Source of the DNA: Chrysomallon squamiferum
Lineage: Eukaryota; Animalia; Mollusca
Length of the DNA stretch: 64,000 nt
Reading direction: 5' to 3'
NCBI GenBank assembly: GCA_012295275.1
Contig: CM022676.1
Span: forward strand, 15,066,001-15,130,000
Position numbers and translations under genes: made by a program. A model generated the notes under the pieces. It did not search any database. It was not told the DNA's origin and worked only from the letters and a program-made list of their open reading frames with translations. Positions within the stretch are counted from its first letter, which is position 1. The number at the start of each line of letters is the position of its first letter. Below are positions 25,501 to 38,991 of the stretch, piece by piece.

Positions 25501-28500
25501 CTTTGTGTAAGTAAACGTCCTGATCTCAGTTATCTTTTGTGTAACAAAAACGTCCTGATCTCAGTTATCTTTGTGTAAGTAAACGTCCTGATCTCAGTTA
25601 TCTTTGTGTAAGTAAACGTCCTGATCTCAGTTATCTTTTTTTGTGTGTAAGTAAAACGTCCTGATCTCAGTTATCTTTGTGTAAGTAAACGTCCTGATCT
25701 CAGTTATCTTTGTGTAAACGTCCTGATACGTCCTGATCTCAGTTATCTTTTTGTAAAGTAAACGTCCTGATCTCAGTTATCTTTGTGTAAGTAAACGTCC
25801 TGATCTCAGTTATCTTTGTGTAAGTAAACGTCCTGATCTCAGTTATCTTTGTGTAAGTAAACGTCCTGATCTCAGTTATCTTTGTGTAAAGTAAACGTCC
25901 TGATCTCAGTTATCTTTGTGTAAGTAAAACGTCCTGATCTCAGTTATCTTTGTGTAAAGTAAAACGTCCTGATCTCAGTTATCTTTGTGTAAGTAAAACG
26001 TCCTGATCTCAGTTATCTTTTGTGTAAGTAAAACGTCCTGATCTCAGTTATCTTTTGTGTAAGTAAACGTCCTGATCTCAGTTATCTTTGTGTAAGTAAA
26101 AACGTCCTGATCTCAGTTATCTTTGTGTAAGTAAAAACGTCCTGATCAGTTTATCTCTTTGTGTAAGTAAAACGTCCTCATCTCAGTTATCTTTGTGTAA
26201 GTAAACGTCCTGATCTCAGTTATCTTTTTGTGTAAGTAAACGTCCTGATCTCAGTTATCTTTGTGTAAAAAACGTCCTGATCTCAGTTATTATCTTTGTG
26301 TAAGTAAACGTCCTGATCTCAGTTATCTTTGTGTAAGTAAACGTCCTGATCTCAGTTATCTTTGTGTGTAAGTAAACGTCCTGATCTCAGTTATCTTTGT
26401 GTAAGTAAACGTCCTCCTGATCTCAGTTATCTTTTGTGTAAGTAAACGTCCTGATCTCAGTTATCTTTGTGTAAAAAAACGTCCTGATCTCAGTTATCTT
26501 TGTGTAAAGTAAACGTCCTGATCTCAGTTATCTTTTGTGTAAAGTAAACGTCCTGATCTCAGTTATCTTTTGTGTAAGTAAACGTCCTGATCTCAGTTAT
26601 CTTTTGTGTAAAGTAAACGTCCTGATCTCAGTTATCTTTTTGTAAAAAAAACGTCCTGATCTCAGTTATCTTTTGTGTGTCAACGTCCTGATTATCAGTT
26701 ATCTTTGTGTAAGTAAACGTCCTGATCTCAGTTATCTTTTTGTGTAAACGTCCGTCCTGATCTCAGTTATCTTTGTGTAAGTAAACGTCCTGATCTCAGT
26801 TATCTTTGTGTAAGTAAACGTCCTGATCTCAGTTATCTTTGTGTAAGTAAACGTCCTGATCTCAGTTATCTTTGTGTAAGTAAACGTCCTGATCTCAGTT
26901 ATCTTTGTGTAAAGTAAACGTCCTGATCTCAGTTATCTTTGTGTGTAGTAAAACGTCCTGATCTCAGTTATCTTTTTTGTGTGTAAACGTAAACGTCCTG
27001 ATCTCAGTTATCTTTGTGTAAGTAAACGTCCTGATCTCAGTTATCTTTGTTATAAAAAAAACGTCCTGATCTCAGTTATCTTTGTGTAAGTAAAAACGTC
27101 TGATCTCAGTTATCTTTGTGTAAAGTAAACGTCCTGATCTCAGTTATCTTTGTGTAAAACGTCCTGATGTCCTGATCTCAGTTATCTTTGTGTAAAAAAC
27201 GTCCTGATCTCAGTTATCTTTGTGTAAGTAAACGTCCTGATCGTCCTGATCATTTATCTTTTTGTAAGTAAAACGTCGTCCTGATCTCAGTTATCTTTGT
27301 AAGTAAAAACGTCCTGATCTCAGTTATCTTTTGTGTAAGTAAAACGTCCTGATCTCTGATCTCAGTTCTCATATCTTTGTGTAAGTAAACGTCCTGATCT
27401 CAGTTATCTTTGTGTAAAGTAAACGTCCTGATCTCAGTTATCTTTTGTGTAAGTAAACGTCCTGATCTCTCAGTTATCTTTGTGTAAGTAAACGTCCTGA
27501 TCTCAGTTATCTTTGTGTAAAAAAAACGTCCTGATCTCAGTTATCTTTGTGTAAGTAAACGTCCTGATCTCAGTTATCTTTGTGTAAGTAAACGTCCTGA
27601 TCTCAGTTATCTTTGTGTAAAGTAAACGTCCTGATCTCAGTTATCTTTGTGTGTAAGTAAACGTCCTGATCTCAATATCTTTATCTTTGTGTAAGTAAAC
27701 GTCCTGATCTCAGTTATCTTTGTGTAAGTAAAACGTCCTGATCTCAGTTATCTTTTTTGTAAAAACGTCCTGATCTCAGTTATCTTTGTGTAAGTAAAAA
27801 ACGTCCTGATCTCAGTTATCTTTTGTGTAAAAAACGTCCTGATCTCAGTTATCTTTGTGTAACAAAACGTCCTGATCTCAGTTATCTTTGTGTAAGTAAA
27901 CGTCCTGATCTCAGTTATCTTTGTGTAAGTAAAAACGTCCTGATCTCAGTTATCTTTGTGTAAGTAAACGTCCTGATCTCAGTTATCTTTGTGTAAGTAA
28001 ACGTCCTGATCTCAGTTATCTTTGTGTAAGTAAACGTCCTGATCTCAGTTATCTTTGTAACAAACGTCCTGATCTCAGTTATCTTTTGTGTAAGTAAACG
28101 TCCTGATCTCAGTTATCTTTGTGTAACAAACGTCCTGATCTCAGTTATCTTTGTGTAAGTAAACGTCCTGATCTCAGTTATCTTTGTGTAAGTAAACGTC
28201 CTGATATCAGTTATCTTTGTGTAACAAAACGTCATGATCTCAGTTATCTTTGTGTAAGTAAACGTCCTGATCTCAGTTATCTTTGTGTAATAAAACGTCC
28301 TGATCTCAGTTATCTTTTGTAAGTAAACGTCCTGATCTCAGTTATCTTTGTTTTGTAAAACGTCCGTCCTGATCTCAGTTATCTTTGTGTAAAAAAACGT
28401 CCTGATCTCAGTTATCTTTTTTGTAAAGTAAACGTCGTCTGATCTCAGTTATCTTTGTGTAAAAAACGTCCTGATCTCAGTTATCTTTGTGTAAGTAAAC

Positions 28501-30061
28501 GTCCTGATCTCAGTTATCTTTTGTGTAAGTAAACGTCCTGATCTCAAATCTTTGTGTGTAAGTAAACGTCCTGATCTCAGTTATCTTTGTGTAAGTAAAC
28601 GTCCTGATCTCAGTTATCTTTGTGTAAGTAAACGTCCTGATCTCAGTTATCTTTGTGTAAGTAAACGTCCTGATCTCAGTTATCTTTGTGTAAGTAAACG
28701 TCCTGATCTCAGTTATTTTGTGTAAGTAAACGTCCTGATCTCAGTTATCTTTGTGTAAAAGTAAACGTCCTGATCTCAGTTATCTTTGTGTAAGTAAACG
28801 TCCTGATCTCAGTTATCTTTTGTAAGTAAACGTCCTGATCTCAGTTATCTTTTTGTGTAAGTAAACGTCCTGATCTCAGTTATCTTTGTGTGTAAACGTC
28901 CTGATCAATCTATCTTTGTCCGTCCTGATATCTTTGTGTAAGTAAAACGTCCTGATCTCAGTTATCTTTGTGTGTAAGTAAACGTCCTGATCTCAGTTAT
29001 CTTTCTGTAAAAAACGTCCTGATCTCAGTTATCTTTTTTGTAAAGTAAACGTCCTGATATCATGTTATCTTTTTGTAAAGTAAACGTCCTGATCTCAGTT
29101 ATCTTTTGTGTAAGTAAACGTCCTGATATCTGTTATCTTTTTGTAAGTAAACGTCCTGATATCAGTTATCTTTGTGTAACAAAACGTCCTGATCTCAGTT
29201 ATCTTTGTGTAAGTAAACGTCCTGATATCAGTTATCTTTTTGTGTAAAAAACGTCCTGATATCAGTTATCTTTTGTAACAAAACGTCCTGATCTCAGTTA
29301 TCTTTGTGTAAGTAAAAACGTCCTGATCTCATTTATCTTTTTTTGTAAGTAAACGTCATGATCTCAGTTATCTTTGTGTAACAAACGTTCTCATCTCATT
29401 TATCTTTTGTAAGTAAACGTCATCCTCATATCTGTTATCTTTGTGTATGTAAACGTCCTCATATCTGTTATCTTTGTGTAAGTAAACGTCCTCATATCAG
29501 TTCTCTTTGTGTAACAAACCGTCATGATCTCAGTTATCTTTGTTTAAGTAAACGTTCTGATCTCTGTTATCTTTGTGTAAGTATCCGTCCTGATCTCGGT
29601 TATTTTTTTGTAAGTAAACGTCCTGATCTGAGTTACCTTTGTGTAATTAAACATCCTGATCTCAGTTATCTGTGTGTAAACGTCCTCATCTCGTCCTGAT
29701 CTCCTGTTATATTATGTTTGTGTAAGTAAACGTCGTGATTTCTCTTATCTTTGTGTAAGTAAACGTCTTGATCTGAGTTACATTTGTGTAAGTAAACGTC
29801 CAGATCTCAGTTACCTTTGTGTAAGTAAAAGTCCTGATATCAGTTATCTTTGTGTAACAAAACGTCCTGATCTCAGTTATCTTTGTGTAAGTAAACGTCC
29901 TGATATCTGTTATCTTTGTGTAAGTAAACGTCATGGTATCAGTAATCTTTCTGTAAGGAAACGTCCTGATATGAGCTATGTTTCTGGAAGTAAACGTCCT
30001 GATATCAATTATCTTTGTTTAAGTAAACGTCTGGATTTCAGTTATCTTTGTCTAAGTAAAC
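19568..30061 (+). repeat. 33-bp tandem array, ~10.5 kb (roughly 320 units), of exon end plus splice donor
   Basis: Same unit as 1319-1903. In frame for about the first 11 units, indel-ridden in the centre, and substitution-diverged at the 3' edge. Confidence 0.97.
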
Positions 30062-30317
30062 TTTCTATATATATATGCATACAAATGTACAAAAACGCAC
30101 AAACATACACACAAACATATATGAAAGGACATGCATAGACACAGACAAATACACATGCAAAAACACAGATACAAACATACAAATATATCCAAGCACACAT
30201 ACAAACGCCTGCACGCACATATACAAATTCAGAGATATGTATGCATAGAGCCAAGCACACATGCTGTCCTAAATATAATACATAGAAACACACATTGAAA
30301 ATCGTTTCGTATTTCAG

Positions 30318-30512
30318 GGGAAAGCGTTGAACAATGATAAGAGTTACTGTGACTTCTGGTTTTTCAAACATCTTGAAGCACGATCCAACATGAGGAAGGA
30401 GTGTCAAAGCGCGCTATTATATTTCTTTAAAAACAACATTCAAAACGCAGATGTATTAGACCATTCACCAAACATGTGTAAAAGTATTGATATCCAGAGG
30501 TGCATCGTTTAA
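30318..30512 (+). CDS. Conodipine/group IX PLA2-like secreted protein, copy B, coding exon 2
   Basis: Acceptor tttcgtatttcag|GGG. Encodes GKALNNDKSYCDFWFFKHLEARSNMRKEC...SPNMCKSIDIQRCIV*. AATAAA follows the stop. Confidence 0.78.
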   Translation, partial: GKALNNDKSYCDFWFFKHLEARSNMRKECQSALLYFFKNNIQNADVLDHSPNMCKSIDIQRCIV

Positions 30513-31029
30513 CCAAAGCAAATAAACGATATTGAAGATATCCTTGATTTTGTCGTTTCTTTCTGCCTGTACCACTAATAGTATTACTAACTATTCTTAC
30601 TGTAATTTCTACTGCTATCACTCGTAGAATTAGTATAGACATAGAACGTTTACTTCCAATACAGAAAAAATATATACTACTATTACTGTACTTGTAGTAA
30701 TTACTAACACTAATACTACCAGTAATAATACTACTAGCATTACTACTACTAGTAATATTACTGATATTGCTCCTACTACTACCATTCCACCGGTTACTAC
30801 TAGTGCAGCTGCTGTTATTACTACTACTCTTACAACAATAACAACTGCTACTACTACAACTACTATTACCACTATTGTTGCTGTTCCTAGTACTACTACA
30901 TAGTTGCATAGGTTGAAAAACTGTTATCCTAATATACAGTGATGCCTTATAGTTTAAGTTAACATTAGTTACTGTATAGAGATACAAAACAAATAAGATA
31001 ACAAATATGTGTACGCTCTCTTCCATTCG

Positions 31030-31096
<67 letters not shown>

Positions 31097-32100
31097 TTTT
31101 TTTTTTTTTTTGTTCATGTTGTTTTTGCTATTATTATTGTTGTTCTTCTTATTATTATAGCTGTTGTTGTCTTTGTTACTATTGCCACTATCAGTGATGC
31201 TTTTTCTATTATTACAACACAAATACAGCTGTTTTTGCTGTTTATTTTACTATTACAACTACTACTACAGTTCTCACTAATTATGTTTTTTAGTACTGTT
31301 ACTAATACTACAGTGGCTGCTATAGAAACATCTGCTACAACTGAGAAAAGTAATGTTAGAATGACTCTTCGTGTTATTTGTGAGAACACAGAAAAAACCA
31401 GAAAAACTGAAACTCGGTGACGATGAACTAAGAAAAAAAAAAGAATCCTTATTTTAATTGTCATTGCATATTTCCTGCAAATACTAGCAAGAATTAACCG
31501 TGTTTCAATCTCTCACTGATATTTACTCTTAGTCTTCAAACAGTGATACCGACGCGTTGATTGGAAACTCGACATTACTACTTTTATTCGTCGTAAAAAT
31601 ATCGCCAAAACCATTTATAAAGATTGCCCATAAACTTTTCTCCATAACCCTTTATTTCCATCTGCATTTTGTTATTATCGGTATATATTAGCGTATGTGT
31701 GGGCACCTTTTCAGATATTCTGTACATGTGTTTTTGTCCCGAACAAATGATTAGCCTCCTCTTTTAAACGATTACTTAGTTTGTTATTTGCGTTGGCGTG
31801 TCAAATATATATTTTTACGTGAACAAATTTGTAATTATTCTCTTAAATAATGCTGTTGTATATCAACAAAGAACGTAGCAAATAATAAATTAATGAACGA
31901 ACGAATGAATGAATGAATGAATGAATGAATGAATGAACAAATAAATATAAATGAATATACGGGAACTGATGAAAACATAGTCAAACACACATTGTTTGTC
32001 TAGTTCTATCGAGTACCGACAGGTCTAAGTTTTTGTTCTTCTTGTTGTTTTGTCATCATCATTCTCATCATCGTTATCGTGGTAATCATCATCATCGTAT

Positions 32101-32174
<74 letters not shown>

Positions 32175-32579
32175 GTTATTATTATTGATGTTGTTGTTGT
32201 TCTTATTGTTGTTGTTGTTACATATCATTATTTTCGTTTTTAAGCTCTTTATTTGTGTTTTAATTGATCATTACGTACCGCCGACATCCTCTGTACCTAC
32301 CTACAGACAGGCAGATGCATAGACTGATAGACAGATTGACTGTCTGACAGATTTAATGACAAACAGACAAATGTTGAGAAATGATATTTATTCATTTATT
32401 TATTTACTTCTTTCCTTCTGTACTAATTTTTGTAAATTAATTAATTTACTTATTTATTCATTTACCTATTTGCTTTTGTACTTAATTGTTTAAACATTAT
32501 TTTGATTATTAGCAGTATCTTTTTTTCTTTCGTTCTCTTTGATTTATTTGTTTTATTTTATTTTATTTTATTTTGCAGA

Positions 32580-32762
32580 ATGTTCATCCTTTTGGTGTGT
32601 TTTTATTTCGTAGCATCTGTGGATCACACGCAGTGTTGTTTGTACAAGAAGAATAGTGAGATAATACTGCAGGGTTGCAAACGAGACATCCGCACTGAAA
32701 TGCAGAAATTTTTACCCATGTTTGAGAGTTCGTGTAAACGATATGACCTCTGCTGCCTTTGT
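32580..32762 (+). CDS. Conodipine/group IX PLA2-like secreted protein, copy C, coding exon 1
   Basis: Near-identical to copy A exon 1 (2 aa differences). Donor GTAAGT at 32763. Confidence 0.8.
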
Positions 32763-32768
32763 GTAAGT

Positions 32769-33194
32769 AAACGACATGATCTCAGTAATCTTTGTGTAAA
32801 TCGTAAACGTCCTGATCTCAGTTATCTTTGTGTAAGTAAACGTCCTGATCTCAGTTATCTTTGTGTAAGTAAACGTCCTGATCTCAGTTATCTTTGTGTA
32901 AGTAAACGTCCTGATCTCAGTTATCTTTGTGTAAGTAAACGTCCTGATCTCAGTTATCTTTGTGTAAGTAAACGTCCTGATCTCAGTTATCTTTGTGTAA
33001 GTAAACGTCCTGATCTAAGTTATCTTTGTGTAAGTAAACGTCCTGATCTCAGTTATCTTTGTGTAAGTAAACGTCCTGATCTCAGTTATCTTTGTGTAAG
33101 TAAACGTCCTGATCTCAGTTATCTTTGTGTAAGTAAACGTCCTGATCTCAGTTATCTTTGTGTAAGTAAACGTCCTGATCTCAGTTATCTTTGT
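32769..33194 (+). repeat. 33-bp tandem array (~13 units) of exon end plus splice donor
   Basis: Same unit. The first unit reads KRHDLSNLC|GTAAAT and is followed by a 3-nt insertion. The array is entirely in frame. Confidence 0.97.
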
Positions 33195-33630
33195 GAATAT
33201 ATGACATTATCTCAGTCATTTTTGTGTATAAAAATCACGTGTTACAAATAACGTGATCTGAGTTATATCTGTGTAACAGAGGACAGGTTATCTAAGTATT
33301 AGTAAACGACACACATATAATGCTACACTCTCTCCATGACGCACACACATATATACATATAAATATACGTACATATTTATATATGTATATGTATACAAAT
33401 GTACAAAAACGCAGAAACATATACACAAATATACAAACATAGACATGCATACGTACACAGAAACACACATACAAAAACACACGTATAAGCACAGAAATAT
33501 ATCCTAGCACACATATACACGCATACACGCACATATACAAATTCAGAGAGATGCATACACAGAGCAAAACACACATTCTGTCCTAAATACATACACAGTA
33601 ACACACATTTAAAATCGTTTCGTATTTCAG

Positions 33631-33825
33631 GGGAGAGCGTTGAACAATGATAAGACTTACTGTGACTTCTGGTTTTTCAAACATCTTGAAGCCAGATGCA
33701 ACATGAGAATGCAGTGTCTAAGTGCGCTATTATATTTCTTTGGAACTAACGTTCACAACACAAGTGTTTTACCTCCTTCACCAAAGATGTGTAAAAGCAT
33801 CGTTGTCCAGAGGTGCATCGTTTAA
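33631..33825 (+). CDS. Conodipine/group IX PLA2-like secreted protein, copy C, coding exon 2
   Basis: Acceptor tttcag|GGG at 33630. Encodes GRALNNDKTYCDFWFFKHLEARCNMRMQC...SPKMCKSIVVQRCIV*. Confidence 0.8.
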   Translation, partial: GRALNNDKTYCDFWFFKHLEARCNMRMQCLSALLYFFGTNVHNTSVLPPSPKMCKSIVVQRCIV

Positions 33826-34845
33826 CCAAAGCAAATAAACGATGCTGAAGATATCCTTGATTTTGTCGTTTCTTTCTGCCTGTAGTACTAATAGTATTAC
33901 TAACTATTCTTACTGTAATTTCTACTGCTATCACTACTAGTACTAGTCTCGACATAGAACATTTACTTCCAATACTGAACTAATATCTACTACTATTACT
34001 ATACTTGTAGTAATTACTAACACGACTTCTAGAACTAATAATACTAGAATCATTACTACTAGTAGTAACATTAGTGTTATTGCTATTACTACTACCATTC
34101 CAACCTTTACTACTACTGCATCTGGTGTTATTACTACTACTGTTACATCAATAACAACTGCTACTACTACAACTACTATTATCACTATTGTTGCTGTTCC
34201 TAGTACTACTACATACTTACATAGGTTGAAAAACTCTTATCCGAATATACAGTGATGCCTTGTCGTTTAAGTTAACATTAGTAACTATAGAGAGATGCAA
34301 AACAAATAAGATAACAAATATCTGCACGCTCTCTTCTATTAGTTTTATTATTATTATTAAAAAAAAAAAAAAAAAATCCTTATTTTAATTGTCATTGCAT
34401 ATTTCCTGCAAATACTAGCAAACATTAACCGTGTTTCAATTTCTCACTGATATTCACTCTTAGTCTTCAAACAGTGATACCGACGCGTTGATTGGAAACT
34501 CGGCATTACCGCTTTTATTGGTCGTAAAAATATCGCCAAAACCGTTCAGAAATGTTGGCCATAAACTTTTTCTCTATAACCCTTTATTTCCATCTGCATT
34601 TTGTTATTACTTTCCTGCGCTAATAGGTGCTGAAATGCGCGATTCAATTAGCAGCCTGTGATAAAGACGTTTGCAATGAATACAGGTGTAAATTATGAAT
34701 TTCACACAGCTAAGTCCTATAATGAAAGAACAAGTCTAAAGAAATTTAATCACAATCATTCAGAAAGGTTTATACAGTCCGATCAAATAGGCTCTTTTGC
34801 ATAATTATAATAATAATAATAACAATAATAATAGTAGTAGTAATT

Positions 34846-34906
<61 letters not shown>

Positions 34907-35965
34907 GAATAATTAAAATAATTAAAATAATGATAATAATAATAATAATGATAATAATAATAATAAATCCAAAATGAAAGTCAGAAAGAGAGAAAGAAAA
35001 GTATTTGATGATCAAAATGTTGATGGTGATGACGACGGTAGTAATTCCGTAAGTGTGCAATCATTACTGTAATGACACTCACACCTATACTACTACTACT
35101 GCTACTACCACCACCACCACTACTACTACAGTGACTGTTATTACTAAAACCTCTGCTACTATTACAGTGATTTTTATTATTAACACCTCTACTACTACTA
35201 CTAGTAGAACTACAACAACCACTGCTACTACTACATTAACAGTTGTTACTGACATCTGTTCTACTGCTGTTGAGACTACCACCGCTACTACTACTACTTC
35301 TACTACAACCACCACCACTACTGTCACTACTACTACTACTTTACAACAATGAGTCTTATTACTACTTATTTTACTATTACTTTGGTATTTCTGGTATCAG
35401 TTATCACAATTTTGCTTCTTTATTGTTCTTCTTTCTTATCTTGTTCTACTCCGTCTATCCAAGTTAACTACCGTTACGCAAGTTCCGTCTGCGATAGAAA
35501 CTCAAATGAAAGTTGATGTTACGTCACGATTCGTCGGTGACACTAATTCCCGCTCTGTCATGTGACGTGATTGTGACGTCACGGAGCCAGGCGACACTGC
35601 GACTGGCGGATGACAAAGAGTTAATTATTTCATGCTGGATTATCTTGTCAGAATTAACACTGACGTGTCTCTTATCTGATTATCGTGTCACAGTCGGCAA
35701 TTAGAATGACAGCAAGCTTTAAAGTGAATAGATTTTAAAAACTACCAAACACTGAGTTTGAATAAATGGTTTTATTTAATTATTATTAGTTGTAATAGTA
35801 GTAGCAACAGTACTATTAGTAATAGTAATAATAGCAGTAATAGTAGTAACAGTAATATTAATAATAGTAATAATAGCAGTAATAGTAGTAACAGTAATAG
35901 AAACTGCATTAGTAGCAGTAGTAGTGTTAGTAGTAGTACAACTTATTGTTTATGCGTCTTTTTAT

Positions 35966-36063
<98 letters not shown>

Positions 36064-36475
36064 TGAGTATTAAAAATGTGTATATGTGTGTGTTTAACCA
36101 AAAATGAATTTAAAGTTTCAATGAAAGAACGAATAAATAAACAAACAAATAAATAAATAAATAAATAAACACTATGATACATTATTTAGTGTCTACGAAA
36201 TACAGTCATAAATTACTGATTAACGTCACGACTTCTACCCACAGCTGGTGCGACAATTGTTTTTTATATATTTTCTTTTTACTTTGAACCATCATTCCAG
36301 AATAATAAATTCAGTTTTAGCTTGTCCACTGTTTACACTGTCAAACGTTTGATCTGGTATTTTCTGTTTATTTATACTCCTCTCTCTCCCACAACTGGTG
36401 CGAATACGTTCCTGAATAATAAATTCAGTTTTAACTTTACTACTGTTCAGACTGTCAAGCATTAGATCCAGCACA

Positions 36476-36518
<43 letters not shown>

Positions 36519-36522
36519 CAAA

Positions 36523-36627
<105 letters not shown>

Positions 36628-36990
36628 GAATACAAATACAAAAAAAATAGGAAGGAAAGAAAAATGTATAACATTCTTTATTAGTAAAAAGTACTATTGT
36701 ATACAATAACTATTTTGATACTCTTCTTTAGTATTTACTTTATGCAGTACAATAAATGAATAAACATGTTTTGCAAATTTCTGGTATTATAATTGTAGAT
36801 TTTGCTGGTAGTTGCCAATCGATAAAATAACAATAATGTAATATGATGATAAATGACGTTTTATAAAAATTGACATTCCTGTATACAAGATACTTGATTA
36901 AAACAAAATATTAAACTTTATAAACGAATATCCCTTCTGATAAAAGGAGAAAAGTACGTTTTTACTTGATATTTATTAACTAGATAATAA

Positions 36991-37062
<72 letters not shown>

Positions 37063-37132
37063 CACAATAACAAGAGAACAAGTATGTAAGAAAGTTTTGA
37101 AAAATGTGTACGTAATAAAAAGTTGATAACAT

Positions 37133-38591
37133 TTATCCAAACAAGAGTTGTCGTTCATGGTAATTATTGATGATTAAATCCGACAGAAGGCGATTGTTAC
37201 TAGCACGTGATTTGTAGATATCGACAGAATCGAAATTTCGAGATTTTGCAATTTTGTTAGAATGGAACGATTTTCTAGTCCGGATGTCGCAAACATCTGC
37301 CGAGTACGCATGCGTGTATTCATACTCTTCTGCCTCGTGCGTTGCCTGTTGATCTGTGTGTGTTCTGTTACTCGTGTTACTGAGCTGTTCAATCGAATCA
37401 GTCTGCAGGTCAGTTACAGAACAAGAAAGCCTGCACACAGAAGTATTTTCTTCCACGCTGTTGTGTTTGTCCGTGTGTGCTTCTGTCATAAGTGAACTGG
37501 TTTTAGATTTGGACCGTCCTGAGTTCAAATCTCTCACCTGTCTAAGAGATTTTGTTTTCGGAGCGGTTTGAGTCGCTGAAAGTCTGTTTGTGATGAGACG
37601 AACGTGAAATGTTTTGTCTGAGCCGCTGTTCACCTCGGCTCGTCTTTTCACTGAGGCCTGCACACGAAAGTGAAGCACACTGAGAACAGGGTGTGTCGCT
37701 GTAACGAGTCTGGTCCGCGCGGCTGTGTATCACACACGTCCTACACGTGCCAGCCAGTTTGGCAAGATCGCATTTCCACGTTTTGCTCATCCGAAATTCA
37801 GTCTCGTAGTAACCGCTACTGTTCTCCGATTCGGAATAGTCCGCCAGAGCGCCTTCGTCATCGGAATAGCTTTTAGACACCAAATGACATCCTTGTATCT
37901 GTGACGTCATAGACAGAGTAGAGACAGTCGTCATGGATTCGCTGTCAGACTCCTCGTTGACTGGCGTCATCTGTTGGATTATCTCCCTTATTTTGCACTT
38001 GTGGGCTAAGTTTTGCTCAATTCTCGCTAACTGCAACTCGTAATTCGTGGGATCTCCGTCGCTGGAGGTGCTGACGTCATACCCGCAGCCCGTGTCGCTG
38101 CTCGCCAACAAGCTGTAGTCTCCGCAGTGCATCGGTCGATGTTCTCCCGTTTCCGGAAAACTGTCTGAACTTAAGTGACTAATGTCCACTGGACAGCACC
38201 GCTGTGAATCCGACAAGTCGTACGTGAGATCCACGCCACTCGAACTTGTTTCCGTGTTGCAGGACATGGACCAATTACGCCGACCAGTCAGAGTACAAGC
38301 GAAAACCGACGAAGCACGAGATCGGACTGTTGTGTCTCCGTCAGTTCTCGAACGGATATCAGGCTCGGGAATGTTTACCACCATGTAAGGTCCGTCCTGG
38401 CTTTGAAACTCTCCCTTGAAATCACCGTTTCTCCGTGTCTCCCGATCACACTGAAAATGCAGGTCGGAAATCTCCTCATAAATGTGGTAGTCCTTTGAGC
38501 CGAGATTCTCCTCGTTGAATCCGTACTCGCTGTCTGGCGGCTTGGAAGCAGGCGTCTTCTGCCTTCGCCTTCCTTTCAACCATCGAAACAT
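37133..38591 (-). pseudogene. Uncharacterised Ser-rich gene, copy 2 (56-nt frameshifting deletion at ~37560)
   Basis: Paralogous to 5817-7329 but lacks the equivalent of 6245-6300, which truncates the ORF at ~350 aa. Confidence 0.72.
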
Positions 38592-38898
38592 CCTCAACTC
38601 TCGCAACGATCTGGCAGTTAGCAGTCAACAGCTGCGTTCAGTCCTGAAGAAAAATATAAAATAAATAAATAAATCATACGTCGACTACGACTACTACTAC
38701 TACTACTACCACTACTGCTACTAGTAGTAGTAGTAATAATAAAGATAATAGTATAGATAATAAGAAGACATTTAGAAAAGGAAAAAGAAAAGAAAATGTC
38801 AGTCATGCACGTGGTACACAGAATATCTGACAAGGGGTCTGTTGGTTAAATTCTAAGAAGACAGCGAGGCAGAGGTAGACTATAAAATTAAATTAAAA

Positions 38899-38929
<31 letters not shown>

Positions 38930-38952
38930 CAAAACTACTACTACTACTACTG

Positions 38953-38991
<39 letters not shown>

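Noticed and set aside
19568-30061. 33-bp repeats as a CRISPR array
   Set aside because: The units are head-to-tail with no unique spacers, there are no cas genes, and the context is eukaryotic and intronic.
30427-31026. 199-aa minus-strand Ser/Asn-rich ORF
   Set aside because: It is low-complexity (ACT)n-derived 3' flank, and the frame is not preserved in the paralogous flanks at ~2540-3050 and ~33830-34340.
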